Of a stretch of 64,000 nucleotides of DNA, positions 35,193-44,081 are shown one piece after another; position 1 is the stretch's first letter; every line of letters begins with the position of its first letter. Origin of the DNA: Acetobacteraceae bacterium (GTDB lineage: Bacteria > Pseudomonadota > Alphaproteobacteria > Acetobacterales > Acetobacteraceae); contig DASXFW010000086.1 in the NCBI GenBank assembly GCA_036489395.1, forward strand, positions 9,333-73,332, given 5' to 3'. The translations under genes and the position numbers were made by a program. Below the pieces are notes generated by a model. That model did no database searches and had not been told where the DNA came from. It saw only the letters and a program-made list of their open reading frames with translations.

Positions 35193-37190
35193 ATGCGTTT
35201 CCTTATCCTGGCGCTGCTGATCTTCACCACGCCCGCCCTGGCCGCCGACCTGACGTTGAAGCGGGTGATGCTGTCCTCGGCCGGCGTCGGTTATTTCGAA
35301 TATGAAGCCAACGTCGATGGCCCCGCCACGCTCCGTCTGAACGTGCCGCTGGCGGAAGTGGACGACGTGCTGAACTCGCTGGTGGTGTTCGACAGCGCCG
35401 GCGGCGTCGGCACGATCGAGCTGCCCGGCCGCGACAACACATACGCCGCGTTCGGCGCATTGCCGTTCGGGCCAGAGGGCCTGCGCTCGCCGATCGCCTA
35501 TCTCAACGACCTGCGCGGGGTGGAGATCACCGTGCAGGGGCCGCAGCCGATGACCGGCCGCATCATGGGTGCGGAACGGTTCAACGAGACAATTCCCGGC
35601 GCGACCGGCCAGCCGCCGATGATTGTGCCGCGCACTCGCGTCACGCTGATGAGTCCCCAGGGGCTGCGGCAGTTCGTGCTGGAGGATGCGGCAAGCGTGC
35701 AGGTCGCCAACCCGGCGCTGCGGGCCGACATAGACCATGCGCTGGAAGCGGCGCGCGCGCAGGCGAGCCAGACGATGCGTCCTATCACGCTGCACAGCAG
35801 CGGCACCGGGCCGCGCACGGTGCGCGTCGGCTACGTCGTGGCGGCGCCGTTGTGGAAGGCGACGTATCGCCTGGTGCTGCCGGCGAAGCCCGGCGACAAG
35901 GCGCGGCTGCAAGGCTGGGCGGTGCTGGAGAACGAGTCGGGCGCCGACTGGAACGGCGTCGCGCTGACCTTGCAATACGGCAATCCGGTGACGTTCCGCC
36001 AGGCGATCTATCGCAGCTATTACGTGCAGCGGCCGGAGGTACCGGTGGAGGTGCTGGGTCACATATTGCCGGGCGTGGACACCGGCGCCCGGCCGTTCAA
36101 CGGGGCGATGAACCGCAGCCTGCCCGGCGGCTTCGCGGGCATGGCCGCACCGGTGCCGATGGCGGCGATGGCCGCCGCCGCGCCGCCGGTTCTGGCCCAG
36201 CCGACCAACACGGTGACCGCGACCGAAGGCGCCGAGGATACCGTGTTTCAGATTCCCACTCCGGTGGCGCTGCCGGCCGGTCATACCGCGAGCGTGCCGA
36301 TCATCGACCGGTCGGTGCCCGCCGATCGGGTCGATGTCGCGACCGGCAATGACACGCATCCGCTGTCCGCGGTGCAGATCGGCAACGATACCGGCAGCAG
36401 CCTGCCGGCCGGGGTGCTGGCGTTATACGATTCGGCCGGGCCGGTGGCATTTGCGGGCGACGCGCGGCTGGGTGGCCTGCCGGTCGGCGAGACCAGGCTG
36501 CTGTCGTTCGCGCAGGACCTGCGCACGACAGTCGAGCGTCAGGTCAGCGCGCAGACCACGCTTGCCGCGCTGACCGCGGCACAGGGCGTGCTGCACATGA
36601 CGATGCGGCAGCGCGAAGTGCAGCACATCGCGCTGATCGCGCCGCCGCGGGAAGCGCGCCGCGTGCTGGTGGAAATTGCGAAGGAGGGCGATCGGATGCT
36701 CACGATCGAAGGCGGTCCGGTAGCGGGGACACAGCAGACCGCGACGGCTTGGCGCATCCCCGTATCGCTGAAAGCAGGGGAGACACGGCATCTGGTGGTC
36801 TATGTGGATCGCCTGGAACATGAAGATACCGCGCTGCTCGCCAACGACGCCGCGGTGGTGGTGAGCGTGCTGGCGGACGACACGCTGTCGTCGTCGGCGC
36901 GCGCCGCGTTGCAGAAGATCGAGGCGCTGCGGCAGGACGAGGCGACAAAGCGTGCGGCCGTGGCCACGCTGCAAGCGCAACTGGCCGCGGTAGAGCAAGA
37001 CGAGGATCGCATTCGCAAGAATCTCGCGGTGGTGGCGGCGAACGACGCGTTGCATGCCCGGCTGACGCACGAGCTGGACGCGGACGAGACGCGCATCGGG
37101 CAATTGAACGTTTCGTTGGTGGATGCACGCGCGGCGGCGGACAGGTCGCATCAGGCGCTGGCCGCGGCGGTGCAAAGTTTGCGGATTTGA
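35193..37190 (+). CDS. DUF4139-family secreted protein (MuiA-like) with a C-terminal coiled coil
   Basis: 665 aa. The signal MRFLILALLIFTTPALA is followed by LTLKRVMLSSAGVGYFEYEANVDG.... The C-terminus has the coiled-coil segment ALQKIEALRQDEATKRAAVATLQAQLAAVEQDEDRIRKNL. Confidence 0.75.
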   Translation: MRFLILALLIFTTPALAADLTLKRVMLSSAGVGYFEYEANVDGPATLRLNVPLAEVDDVLNSLVVFDSAGGVGTIELPGRDNTYAAFGALPFGPEGLRSPIAYLNDLRGVEITVQGPQPMTGRIMGAERFNETIPGATGQPPMIVPRTRVTLMSPQGLRQFVLEDAASVQVANPALRADIDHALEAARAQASQTMRPITLHSSGTGPRTVRVGYVVAAPLWKATYRLVLPAKPGDKARLQGWAVLENESGADWNGVALTLQYGNPVTFRQAIYRSYYVQRPEVPVEVLGHILPGVDTGARPFNGAMNRSLPGGFAGMAAPVPMAAMAAAAPPVLAQPTNTVTATEGAEDTVFQIPTPVALPAGHTASVPIIDRSVPADRVDVATGNDTHPLSAVQIGNDTGSSLPAGVLALYDSAGPVAFAGDARLGGLPVGETRLLSFAQDLRTTVERQVSAQTTLAALTAAQGVLHMTMRQREVQHIALIAPPREARRVLVEIAKEGDRMLTIEGGPVAGTQQTATAWRIPVSLKAGETRHLVVYVDRLEHEDTALLANDAAVVVSVLADDTLSSSARAALQKIEALRQDEATKRAAVATLQAQLAAVEQDEDRIRKNLAVVAANDALHARLTHELDADETRIGQLNVSLVDARAAADRSHQALAAAVQSLRI

Positions 37191-37238
37191 GCGAGAAAGG
37201 GCGATGTCATCGACATCGACCATCGATGCCGGCCCTCT

Positions 37239-37310
37239 GTCATTGCGAGGCCGCTTGGCCGAAGCAATCTCCCGCGGGAGATTGCTTCGGCCAAGCGGCC
37301 TCGCAATGAC
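37239..37310. repeat. RepA mini-version (72-bp perfect-arm hairpin)
   Basis: The sequence is gtcattgcgaggccgcttggccgaagcaatctcccgcgggagattgcttcggccaagcggcctcgcaatgac. Confidence 0.95.
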
Positions 37311-37363
37311 AATGGAAACGGCGGGCTGAGGCCTCGGTGTGTCGGACGCCCGCATACCAAAGG

Positions 37364-38461
37364 ATGATCGGCATGAGCGGTGATGCACTGGTCGAAGCAA
37401 TCGTCGGCATAGTCGGGCCGATGCTCGATGCGTTGGACCGCCTGGAATTCATCGCGCGGCATCTGCATCCGCCGGATATAGCGTCGCTGATGGAAGTGCT
37501 CGAAGACTCCGATGCAACGCTGCGCACGGCGCGCGAGACGGTCACCGCCGCGGCATGGCCGGAGCACCTGATCCCGTTCCGCGACCAGATCGACCTCGCC
37601 GCGGGCCTGACACTGCGTGCGTGCGACGGGCTGCGCGAGGCCGCGGTCTCCGGTGGGCTGCGAGCAGCGATGCGGGCGCTGCGCAATGTAGGCCGCGCGA
37701 CCGAGGCGCTGTATCCACTGGCATCGTCACTGCCCTCCGTCAGCCGCTTCTTCCTCGAACCAGACCAGCGCGACGACGCCGATTTGCTCGAGCGCGTTGC
37801 CGCGGGGGCGGAGCGGACGGACGTGCGGGTGGGCGTGCTGCACGCAAACAACACGACGGACGAACGTGGCGGGTTCTCGGTGTATGTTCCGGAGGATTAC
37901 GATCCCGCGCGCGCGTATCCGCTGGTCATGGCACTGCATGGCGGCTCCGGCCACGGCCGCTTGTTCCTGTGGACCTGGGTGCGCGAGGCACGCAGCCGCG
38001 GCGTTATCCTGGTCGCGCCCACCGCCACCGGCGATACATGGTCGCTGATGCAGCCGGAGATCGACGCGGCCCACCTCGTTCGTGTGCTGGAACATGTCGC
38101 TGGGACCTTGCGGGTGGACCGCTCGCGCCTGCTGCTGACGGGCATGAGCGACGGCGGCACGTTCACGCTGCTGAGCGGCCTCGGCGAGGCCTCACCCTTC
38201 ACCCATCTGGGGCCGATCGCCGCGAGCTTCCATCCGATGTTCGTGACGATGACGCCGCCGCAGCGTCTGCTGGGCCTGCCGATCTATCTGGTGCATGGGG
38301 CGCTGGACTGGATGTTTCCGGTGTCGGTCGCGCGCACGGCGTACGGCGCGCTGGACGGGGCGGGCGCGAAGGTCGTGTACCGCGAGATCGCCGACCTGTC
38401 GCACGCGTATCCGCGCGAGGAGAATGCGTCGATGCTGACCTGGTTCCTGGGCGAGCGGTGA
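37364..38461 (+). CDS. Alpha/beta-hydrolase esterase (phospholipase/carboxylesterase or PHB-depolymerase-like) with an N-terminal helical domain
   Basis: ORF 37337..38461; the start is ambiguous among 37337, 37364 and 37373. The C-terminal half carries PLVMALHGGSGHG...LLLTGMSDGG (GxSxG nucleophile elbow)...VHGALDWMFP. Confidence 0.8.
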   Translation: MIGMSGDALVEAIVGIVGPMLDALDRLEFIARHLHPPDIASLMEVLEDSDATLRTARETVTAAAWPEHLIPFRDQIDLAAGLTLRACDGLREAAVSGGLRAAMRALRNVGRATEALYPLASSLPSVSRFFLEPDQRDDADLLERVAAGAERTDVRVGVLHANNTTDERGGFSVYVPEDYDPARAYPLVMALHGGSGHGRLFLWTWVREARSRGVILVAPTATGDTWSLMQPEIDAAHLVRVLEHVAGTLRVDRSRLLLTGMSDGGTFTLLSGLGEASPFTHLGPIAASFHPMFVTMTPPQRLLGLPIYLVHGALDWMFPVSVARTAYGALDGAGAKVVYREIADLSHAYPREENASMLTWFLGER

Positions 38462-38514
38462 GGCAAACAGCCGCCGCGTCACTGCGCCGCGGTTCGCGTG
38501 GCACCGGCAACCGT

Positions 38515-38782
38515 GTCATTGCGAGAAGCGCAGCGACGAAGCAACCTCGTTCGTGATGAGCCGCTGCTCGTGCCGACCGAGGTTGCTTCGGCGATGCGCT
38601 CCTAACAAGAAACTGGGGCCCTCTGTCATTGCGAGGCCGCTTGGCCGAAGCAATCTCCCCGGGAGATTGCTTCGGCCAAGCGGCCTCGCAATGACAGAAA
38701 GTCGGCGTTTCATCCAGGGCGGGTCGGCCGCCGCCGGCCGGTGGCCAACTCGCAATGACGAGGTCGCAATGACGAGGTCGCA
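38515..38782. repeat. RepE hairpin (38515-38616) plus RepA mini (38625-38695) plus RepB reverse (38705-38759) plus a 2x gcaatgacgaggtc stub
   Basis: Read directly from the sequence. The module order is the same as at 13066-13229 and 29999-30159. Confidence 0.9.
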
Positions 38783-38817
38783 CCACCCTGCATGGATTCA
38801 ACATTTCGGGATTGGCA

Positions 38818-39207
38818 TTACTTCGGAACAACGCCTTTGGCTCCGAGCACGACCGCAAAATCCCGATCGAACGTTGCGATGTGCCGGCATCGGGCACGCT
38901 CGGCGTCGTGCTGGATAATGCCGTCGGCGAAGTCGCTACCATCGCGGAGCACGGCCAGGCCCATCTCGGCAGCGGGCCGATCCACCACAACGTTGCGGCT
39001 TTCGATAACATCCCGAATGCTGTCTGCGATGTCGCCCACGCTCAGGCGATAGGCGCACCGCAGCACCCAGACCAGTTCGCAAAGCACGATGCTGGAAATC
39101 GCGATGGTCTCGCCGCTTTCGATCAGCCGCGCCGCGGCCTTTGCCTGCGCAAGATCGTCCCACGTTAGGTAGCGCACCAGAATGTTGGTATCGATGGCGA
39201 CCGTCAT
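38818..39207 (-). CDS. vapC: Type II toxin, PIN-domain ribonuclease VapC
   Basis: 129 aa. The sequence MTVAIDTNILVRYL carries the first acidic residue of the PIN motif; others are ...CELVWVL... and ...ATFDRDF. Its ATG overlaps the antitoxin stop (ATGA). Confidence 0.9.
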   Translation of the reverse strand: MTVAIDTNILVRYLTWDDLAQAKAAARLIESGETIAISSIVLCELVWVLRCAYRLSVGDIADSIRDVIESRNVVVDRPAAEMGLAVLRDGSDFADGIIQHDAERARCRHIATFDRDFAVVLGAKGVVPK

Positions 39208-39452
39208 CGGCCGCGGCCGGCCTCGATCGCTTCCTGCATCTCCCGCAAGGATACCGGCTGCTGCCCTGCCCGGCGGAGCCGTCCACGCAGGCTGCGCAGG
39301 TCGTGTCCGCTGGCGGCGGGAGCCAACTCGACGCGGCCATCGCGCAACATAGCGACCGCCACCTTGTCGCCCGGCTTCAGGCCGAGATGGTCCAGCAGGG
39401 CTTGCCGCAAGGTGACCTGGCCCTTCGACGTGATGGTCAGTTCGATCGTCAC
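39204..39452 (-). CDS. vapB: AbrB/MazE/SpoVT-family antitoxin (VapB-type partner)
   Basis: ORF 39204..39503 trimmed to the GTG at 39452 (VTIELTITSKGQVTLRQALLDHLGLKPGDKVAVAMLRDGRVEL...). This is the looped-hinge-helix SpoVT/AbrB pattern. Confidence 0.8.
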   Translation of the reverse strand: MTIELTITSKGQVTLRQALLDHLGLKPGDKVAVAMLRDGRVELAPAASGHDLRSLRGRLRRAGQQPVSLREMQEAIEAGRGR

Positions 39453-39531
39453 GACCGTCCCCGGTAAGGCAGTGTGTGCCTTGATCTGGCGCGCGCGACC
39501 CAAGCGGTCAAGTGGGCACGGTGAAGGGCCG

Positions 39532-41331
39532 CTATATCGCGATCCCCGCCGCCGCCAGCGCCCTCAGGAAATTCGGCTCCGGCGGCGGCAGCGGCGGCAG
39601 ATCCCAACTGCCGGTGCCGATCGGCCGGATCTCGCGATCCACCGGCACTTCCACCAGGTACGGCCGCCCCGACGCGATTGCCGCCTTCAGCGCGTCCTCC
39701 ACTTCGTCCGCGCGCGTGACCGTATGCGACGCGACGCCGAAGCTTTTCGCCAGCATGGCGAAGTCCGGGCTGTACAACGCGCCCGTGCGATCCGTATGGA
39801 ACCCGGTGACCAGCTCGCGTCCGCCGAACATGCCGTGCTGGATGTCGCGGATCGAGCAATACCCGTAGTTGTTCCACACCACCCACACCACCGGGATGTC
39901 GTATTCCGCCGCCGTCGCCAGCGCGTGCGGCGTCATCAGGAACGACCCGTCGCCGACCACCGCGACGCACGGCCGGTCCGGCGCCGCCAGCTTCGCGCCC
40001 AGGATGCCGGACGTGGCGAACCCCATCGCCGCGAACCCCCAGGAATGGATCAGGTGCCGCGGCCGCAGCGTGTCGAACAACTGGATGATCCAGTTGTGGT
40101 GCACGCCCACGTCGGACGCGATGATCGCGTTGTCGGGCAGGGCCCGCGACAGCGCGCGCATCAGCCGCTCCGGCCGCAGCGGCACCGCGTCGGACTCCGC
40201 CAGCCGGCCCTGATAATCGGCCCACACCGCGCGACCGCGCCGCAGCCGGTCCAGCCATGCGCCGCCCTCGCGCACACCGCCGCCCAGGCGAGATCGCGCC
40301 GTCGCCGTCAGCCACGCCAGGCTCGCCTTCGCGTCGCCAAGGATCGCGTGCTCTGCCGGATAGTTCCGCCCCAGTTCCGCCGGATCGATGTCGATCTGTA
40401 CCAGCCGCGACGGCGGGATCGACAGTGTGTAGCCGTCCAGCCAGGCGCTGGTGGCGCGGTCGTCGAACGAGAACCCCAGCGACAGGATCACGTCGGCGTG
40501 CTTCGTCGCGTCGTTGGCGGCGTAGCTGCCGTTGCGGCCGATCGCGCCGAACGCCAGAGGATGGCGGTCGCTGATCGCACCCTTGCCGTTCGGGCTGGTC
40601 ACCACGGGGATCGCCATCGTCTTGGCGAACGCGGCCAGTTCCGGCGCGGCTTCCGCCAGCAGCGCGCCCTGGCCGGCGATGATCACCGGGCGCTCCGCCG
40701 CCAGCAGCATATCCAGCGCCGCGGACAGCGCCTCCGGATCGCCCGGCGTGTGGTTCGCCGCCCGGCGGGACGCGACAGGCGGGGTCACCGCCGCCTCCTC
40801 CACGAATACGTTCAGCGGCACGTCGAGGTTCACCGGCCCGGGCCGCCCCGCCAGCATCAGGTCCCACGCCTGGCGCACTGCCAGCGGCACCATGTCGGTA
40901 CGCGTCGGCTGGAAACTGCGCTTCACATACGGGCGGATCACCGACGGGAAATCGCCCTGGAAATAGCGGCCCGTCTCCTGGAACGGCTGGCGGTTGAACT
41001 GGCTGGTCGGCACGTTGCCGGTGATGGCGAAGAATGCGCTGCTGTCCATCATCGCCGCCGCCAGCGCCACCACAAGGTTCGCCGAGCCGGGCCCGCAGGA
41101 CGTGAACGTCGCCACCGGCTCGTGCCGCACCTTGAAATACGCGTCCGCCATATGCCCGGCGGCTTGCTCGTGATGCACCGAGATGGTGCGGATGCGGTTC
41201 TGCGCCTTGAACGCCGCATCCAGGAAACCGACGTTGCCGTGCCCGCACAGCCCGAATAAGTAGGGCACGTTCTGCCGGATCAGGAAATCGACGATGATGT
41301 CGGCGCCGTTCATCTGGACGGTATCGGGCAT
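39532..41331 (-). CDS. Thiamine-diphosphate-dependent enzyme (acetolactate-synthase-like superfamily)
   Basis: This is the real gene inside ORF 39532..41574, starting at MPDTVQMNGADIIVDFLIRQNVPYLFGLCGHGNV... (41331). The ThDP-binding motif is VVGDGSFLMTPHALATAAEYDIPVVWVVWNN. Confidence 0.9.
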   Translation of the reverse strand: MPDTVQMNGADIIVDFLIRQNVPYLFGLCGHGNVGFLDAAFKAQNRIRTISVHHEQAAGHMADAYFKVRHEPVATFTSCGPGSANLVVALAAAMMDSSAFFAITGNVPTSQFNRQPFQETGRYFQGDFPSVIRPYVKRSFQPTRTDMVPLAVRQAWDLMLAGRPGPVNLDVPLNVFVEEAAVTPPVASRRAANHTPGDPEALSAALDMLLAAERPVIIAGQGALLAEAAPELAAFAKTMAIPVVTSPNGKGAISDRHPLAFGAIGRNGSYAANDATKHADVILSLGFSFDDRATSAWLDGYTLSIPPSRLVQIDIDPAELGRNYPAEHAILGDAKASLAWLTATARSRLGGGVREGGAWLDRLRRGRAVWADYQGRLAESDAVPLRPERLMRALSRALPDNAIIASDVGVHHNWIIQLFDTLRPRHLIHSWGFAAMGFATSGILGAKLAAPDRPCVAVVGDGSFLMTPHALATAAEYDIPVVWVVWNNYGYCSIRDIQHGMFGGRELVTGFHTDRTGALYSPDFAMLAKSFGVASHTVTRADEVEDALKAAIASGRPYLVEVPVDREIRPIGTGSWDLPPLPPPEPNFLRALAAAGIAI

Positions 41332-41395
41332 GGGCGGTGCCTTCTGCTGACGGTGGTTGGGCGGGCCTGCTTGTCTCACAGCCGGGGCCAGCCGC

Positions 41396-41446
41396 CCATC
41401 CCATCGAATTCCCCATCCCATCGAATTCCCCATCCCATCGAATTCC
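41396..41446. repeat. Perfect 3 x 17-bp tandem repeat (ccatcccatcgaattcc) in a divergent promoter region
   Basis: Copies lie at 41396-41412, 41413-41429 and 41430-41446 and are identical. Confidence 0.97.
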
Positions 41447-41477
41447 TTGAGCCGCTCCCCCACCCGCGGGCTATAAT
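41447..41477 (+). promoter_or_regulatory. Candidate sigma-70 promoter TTGAGC-N19-TATAAT facing the FkbH-like gene
   Basis: ttgagc lies at 41447-41452, directly abutting the third 17-mer. A perfect tataat lies at 41472-41477, which is rare in this GC background. The 19-nt spacer is longer than optimal. Confidence 0.4.
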
Positions 41478-41559
41478 CCACCCGGAAGCCGCGCCCCGCG
41501 CGCGTCCCAATCCCGGCCGCAAAACCCGGCCCGCACTCCGAGCCAGGGACCCGAACCCC

Positions 41560-43434
41560 GTGACCGAACTGCACTGGCTGCCCACTGTTCCCGACTGGCG
41601 TACCCGCCTGCGGGCCTTCGCCGCGGCCCCCGCCTGGGATGCGGCGGTGGCGCTTGCCAACGCCAACCTGAATTTCGTGCTGACCAACGCGCTGGACGAG
41701 ACCGTCCGCCGCGCCTTCCCCTCGCGTCCGGACAGCATAACCACCAAGCCGGTTCGCCTGGCGGTGCTGGGCTCCGCCACGCTAACCCACCTGCTGCCGG
41801 CGATCCGCGTCGCCGGCCTGCGCCGGAACATCTGGATCGACACCTACGAGAGCGATTTCGGCCAGTACTGGCAGGAGCTGTCGGACCCCGAATCCACCCT
41901 GCACGAATTCAAGCCGACCACGGTGCTGCTGTCGCTCGACGCCTACGACCTGACAGCCGGTGTGACGGCCGGCCTGGACGCGGCCGGCGCCAACGCCGCG
42001 TTGCAGGAGGTGACCGACCGCATCCGCGCCACCTGGCGTCAGGCCCGCGAGGCTTTCCACTGCCCCGTCATCCAGCAGGCCGCGCTGCCGGTACACCTGC
42101 CCGTTCTGGGCGGCAACGAACACCGGCTATCCGGTTCGCGCGCCGCCTTCATCACCCGGCTGAACCAGTCGCTGCGCGCGATGGCGGACGAGGACGGCGT
42201 CGATCTGCTGGCGCTGGACGAACGCGCCGCGCGCGACGGCATCGCCCGCTGGCACGATACCGCGCTGTGGCACCGTTCCAAGCAGGAGATCGCGCCCCCC
42301 GCCGCGCCGCTGTACGGCGATCTCGTCGGCCGGCTGCTCGCCGCCAAGCAGGGCCGCTCGTTCAAATGCCTGGTCATGGACCTGGACAACACGATGTGGG
42401 GCGGCGTGATCGGCGACGACGGCATGGAGGGCATCGTGCTCGGCCAGGGCAGCGCGCTGGGCGAAGCCTACGTCGCGTTCCAGGATTACGTGCGCGAGCA
42501 ATCGCGGCGCGGCGTGATCCTGGCGGTGTGTTCCAAGAACGACGAAGCGAACGCGCTGGAGCCATTCGAGAAGCACCCCGACATGGTGCTGAAGCGGCCC
42601 GACATCTCCAGCTTCGTCGCCAACTGGTCCGACAAGGCCGGCAACATCCGCGCCATCGCCGAGGAACTGAACATCGGCATCGATTCCCTTGTGTTCATCG
42701 ACGACAACCCATTCGAGCGTAACCTGGTGCGCCAGGAACTGCCGATGGTCGCGGTGCCGGAAGTGTCCGACGACCCGACCTATTATCCGCTGGCGATCGC
42801 CGACGCGGGATACTTCGAAGGCCTGTCCGTCACCGACGAAGACCGCGAGCGCACCGCGCAATACCAGGGCAACAAAGCACGCGACGCGTTGAAGGCGTCG
42901 GCCACCGATCTGGAAGGCTACCTGCGCGGGCTGGAAATGCAGCTCGTGTGGAAGCGCTTCGACCGCGTGGGTTTGCAGCGCATCGTCCAGCTCATCAACA
43001 AGTCGAACCAGTTCAACCTGACCACGCGACGCTATGCGGACGAGGACGTGCTGGCTGTCATGGCCGATCCGGATGCGTTCGGCCTGCAGCTTCGGCTGCT
43101 CGATCGCTTCGGCGATAACGGCGTGATCGCCATCGTCATCGGCCGGCTGCGCGACAACAGGGACCTCGACCTCGACACCTGGTTGATGAGTTGCCGCGTG
43201 CTCGGGCGGCAGGTGGAGCCGACCACACTGAACCTGGTCGCGCAGGAGGCGGCGAAGCTGGGCGCGCGGCGGCTGGTCGGGACCTATATTCCGACGAAGA
43301 AGAATGCGATGGTGAAGGACCACTACGCGAAGCTGGGATTCGCAGCGATGTCCGAGACGGGCGGCAACACCAACGTCCTCGATCTGGCGACGTTCGTGCC
43401 GGCGAAGACCTTCATCCACGTCACGGAGGGCTGA
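41560..43434 (+). CDS. FkbH-like protein (HAD-superfamily subfamily IIIC phosphatase domain plus C-terminal GNAT-like acyl-transfer domain)
   Basis: This is the real gene inside ORF 41353..43434; the GTG start at 41560 is tentative. HAD motifs: VMDLDNTMWGGVIGDD, AVCSKNDE, FIDDNPFERN. The C-terminal LMSCRVLGRQVE is typical of FkbH-family proteins. Confidence 0.85.
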   Translation: MTELHWLPTVPDWRTRLRAFAAAPAWDAAVALANANLNFVLTNALDETVRRAFPSRPDSITTKPVRLAVLGSATLTHLLPAIRVAGLRRNIWIDTYESDFGQYWQELSDPESTLHEFKPTTVLLSLDAYDLTAGVTAGLDAAGANAALQEVTDRIRATWRQAREAFHCPVIQQAALPVHLPVLGGNEHRLSGSRAAFITRLNQSLRAMADEDGVDLLALDERAARDGIARWHDTALWHRSKQEIAPPAAPLYGDLVGRLLAAKQGRSFKCLVMDLDNTMWGGVIGDDGMEGIVLGQGSALGEAYVAFQDYVREQSRRGVILAVCSKNDEANALEPFEKHPDMVLKRPDISSFVANWSDKAGNIRAIAEELNIGIDSLVFIDDNPFERNLVRQELPMVAVPEVSDDPTYYPLAIADAGYFEGLSVTDEDRERTAQYQGNKARDALKASATDLEGYLRGLEMQLVWKRFDRVGLQRIVQLINKSNQFNLTTRRYADEDVLAVMADPDAFGLQLRLLDRFGDNGVIAIVIGRLRDNRDLDLDTWLMSCRVLGRQVEPTTLNLVAQEAAKLGARRLVGTYIPTKKNAMVKDHYAKLGFAAMSETGGNTNVLDLATFVPAKTFIHVTEG

Positions 43435-43440
43435 ACGATT

Positions 43441-43683
43441 ATGCCGACGGAAGCCGAGATCTACGCTGGGTTGACCGAAATTTTCAACGATGTGTTCATG
43501 CGCGACGACATGGCGTTGACGCCGGCACTGGCGGCGAACGACGTGCAGGGCTGGGACTCGTTCAAGCAGATCGAGATCATCATGGCGTCCGAGGAGAAGT
43601 TCGGCATGAAATTCACCACCCGCGAGCTGGACAGTCTGCAGAACGTCGGCGATCTGGTGCGGGTGATCGCCGCGAAGGCGTAA
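43441..43683 (+). CDS. Acyl carrier protein
   Basis: 80 aa. GWDSFKQIEIIMASEEKF supplies the phosphopantetheine-Ser context (DS motif). It lies 6 nt after the FkbH-like stop. Confidence 0.85.
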   Translation: MPTEAEIYAGLTEIFNDVFMRDDMALTPALAANDVQGWDSFKQIEIIMASEEKFGMKFTTRELDSLQNVGDLVRVIAAKA

Positions 43684-43715
43684 CGGAATCCTCGCCCGCG
43701 CGACGGAAGCGGATT

Positions 43716-43997
43716 GTCATTGCGGGGGTTCCAAACGGACCGCCATTGCGGGGTGTCGCACCGATTGTCATTGCGAGGCCGTTTGGCCGAAGCAATCGCG
43801 TTGGAGATGAGCCGCCGCTTGTCACCAACGAGATTGCTTCGGCCAAGCGGCCTCGCAATGACGGAATGGTCCGGGCCATTTTCTTGTCAGGAGCGTAGCG
43901 GTCCCCGGACTTGACCCGGGGAAGCAACCTCGTGCGTGACAACCCCCATTGGCTCCTCACGAACGAGCTTGCTTCCTCGGCTCGCTCCTCGCCATGA
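43716..43997. repeat. RepA hairpin (43767-43862) flanked by partial RepA/RepE modules
   Basis: The RepA part is gtcattgcgaggccgtttggccgaagcaatcgcgttggagatgagccgccgcttgtcaccaacgagattgcttcggccaagcggcctcgcaatgac. There is an upstream stub gtcattgcggggg (43716) and a downstream ttcttgtcaggagcgtagcg...gctcgctcctcgccatgac. Confidence 0.9.
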
Positions 43998-44081
43998 CAC
44001 CTGTCGCATTCGCCACCCGATAATCGCTCTTTTGGCGACTTGCCTTACCACCCGCACGATCCCTGGTGTAGCGTCCGGCGC

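Noticed and set aside
35112-36359. 415-aa minus-strand ORF
   Set aside because: It lies antisense to the DUF4139 gene.
39364-41416. 631-aa plus-strand ORF (39364..41259) and 655-aa minus-strand ORF (39449..41416) overlapping the ThDP enzyme gene
   Set aside because: These are alternative-frame and antisense shadows. Only the frame starting at MPDTVQMNGADII... carries the ThDP-binding motif and sensible composition.
41353-41559. N-terminal 69-codon extension of the FkbH ORF in the track
   Set aside because: It reads through the 3 x 17-bp tandem repeat and the putative promoter (…IPSNSPSHRIPHPIEF…). This implies non-coding DNA, so the start was moved to the GTG at 41560.
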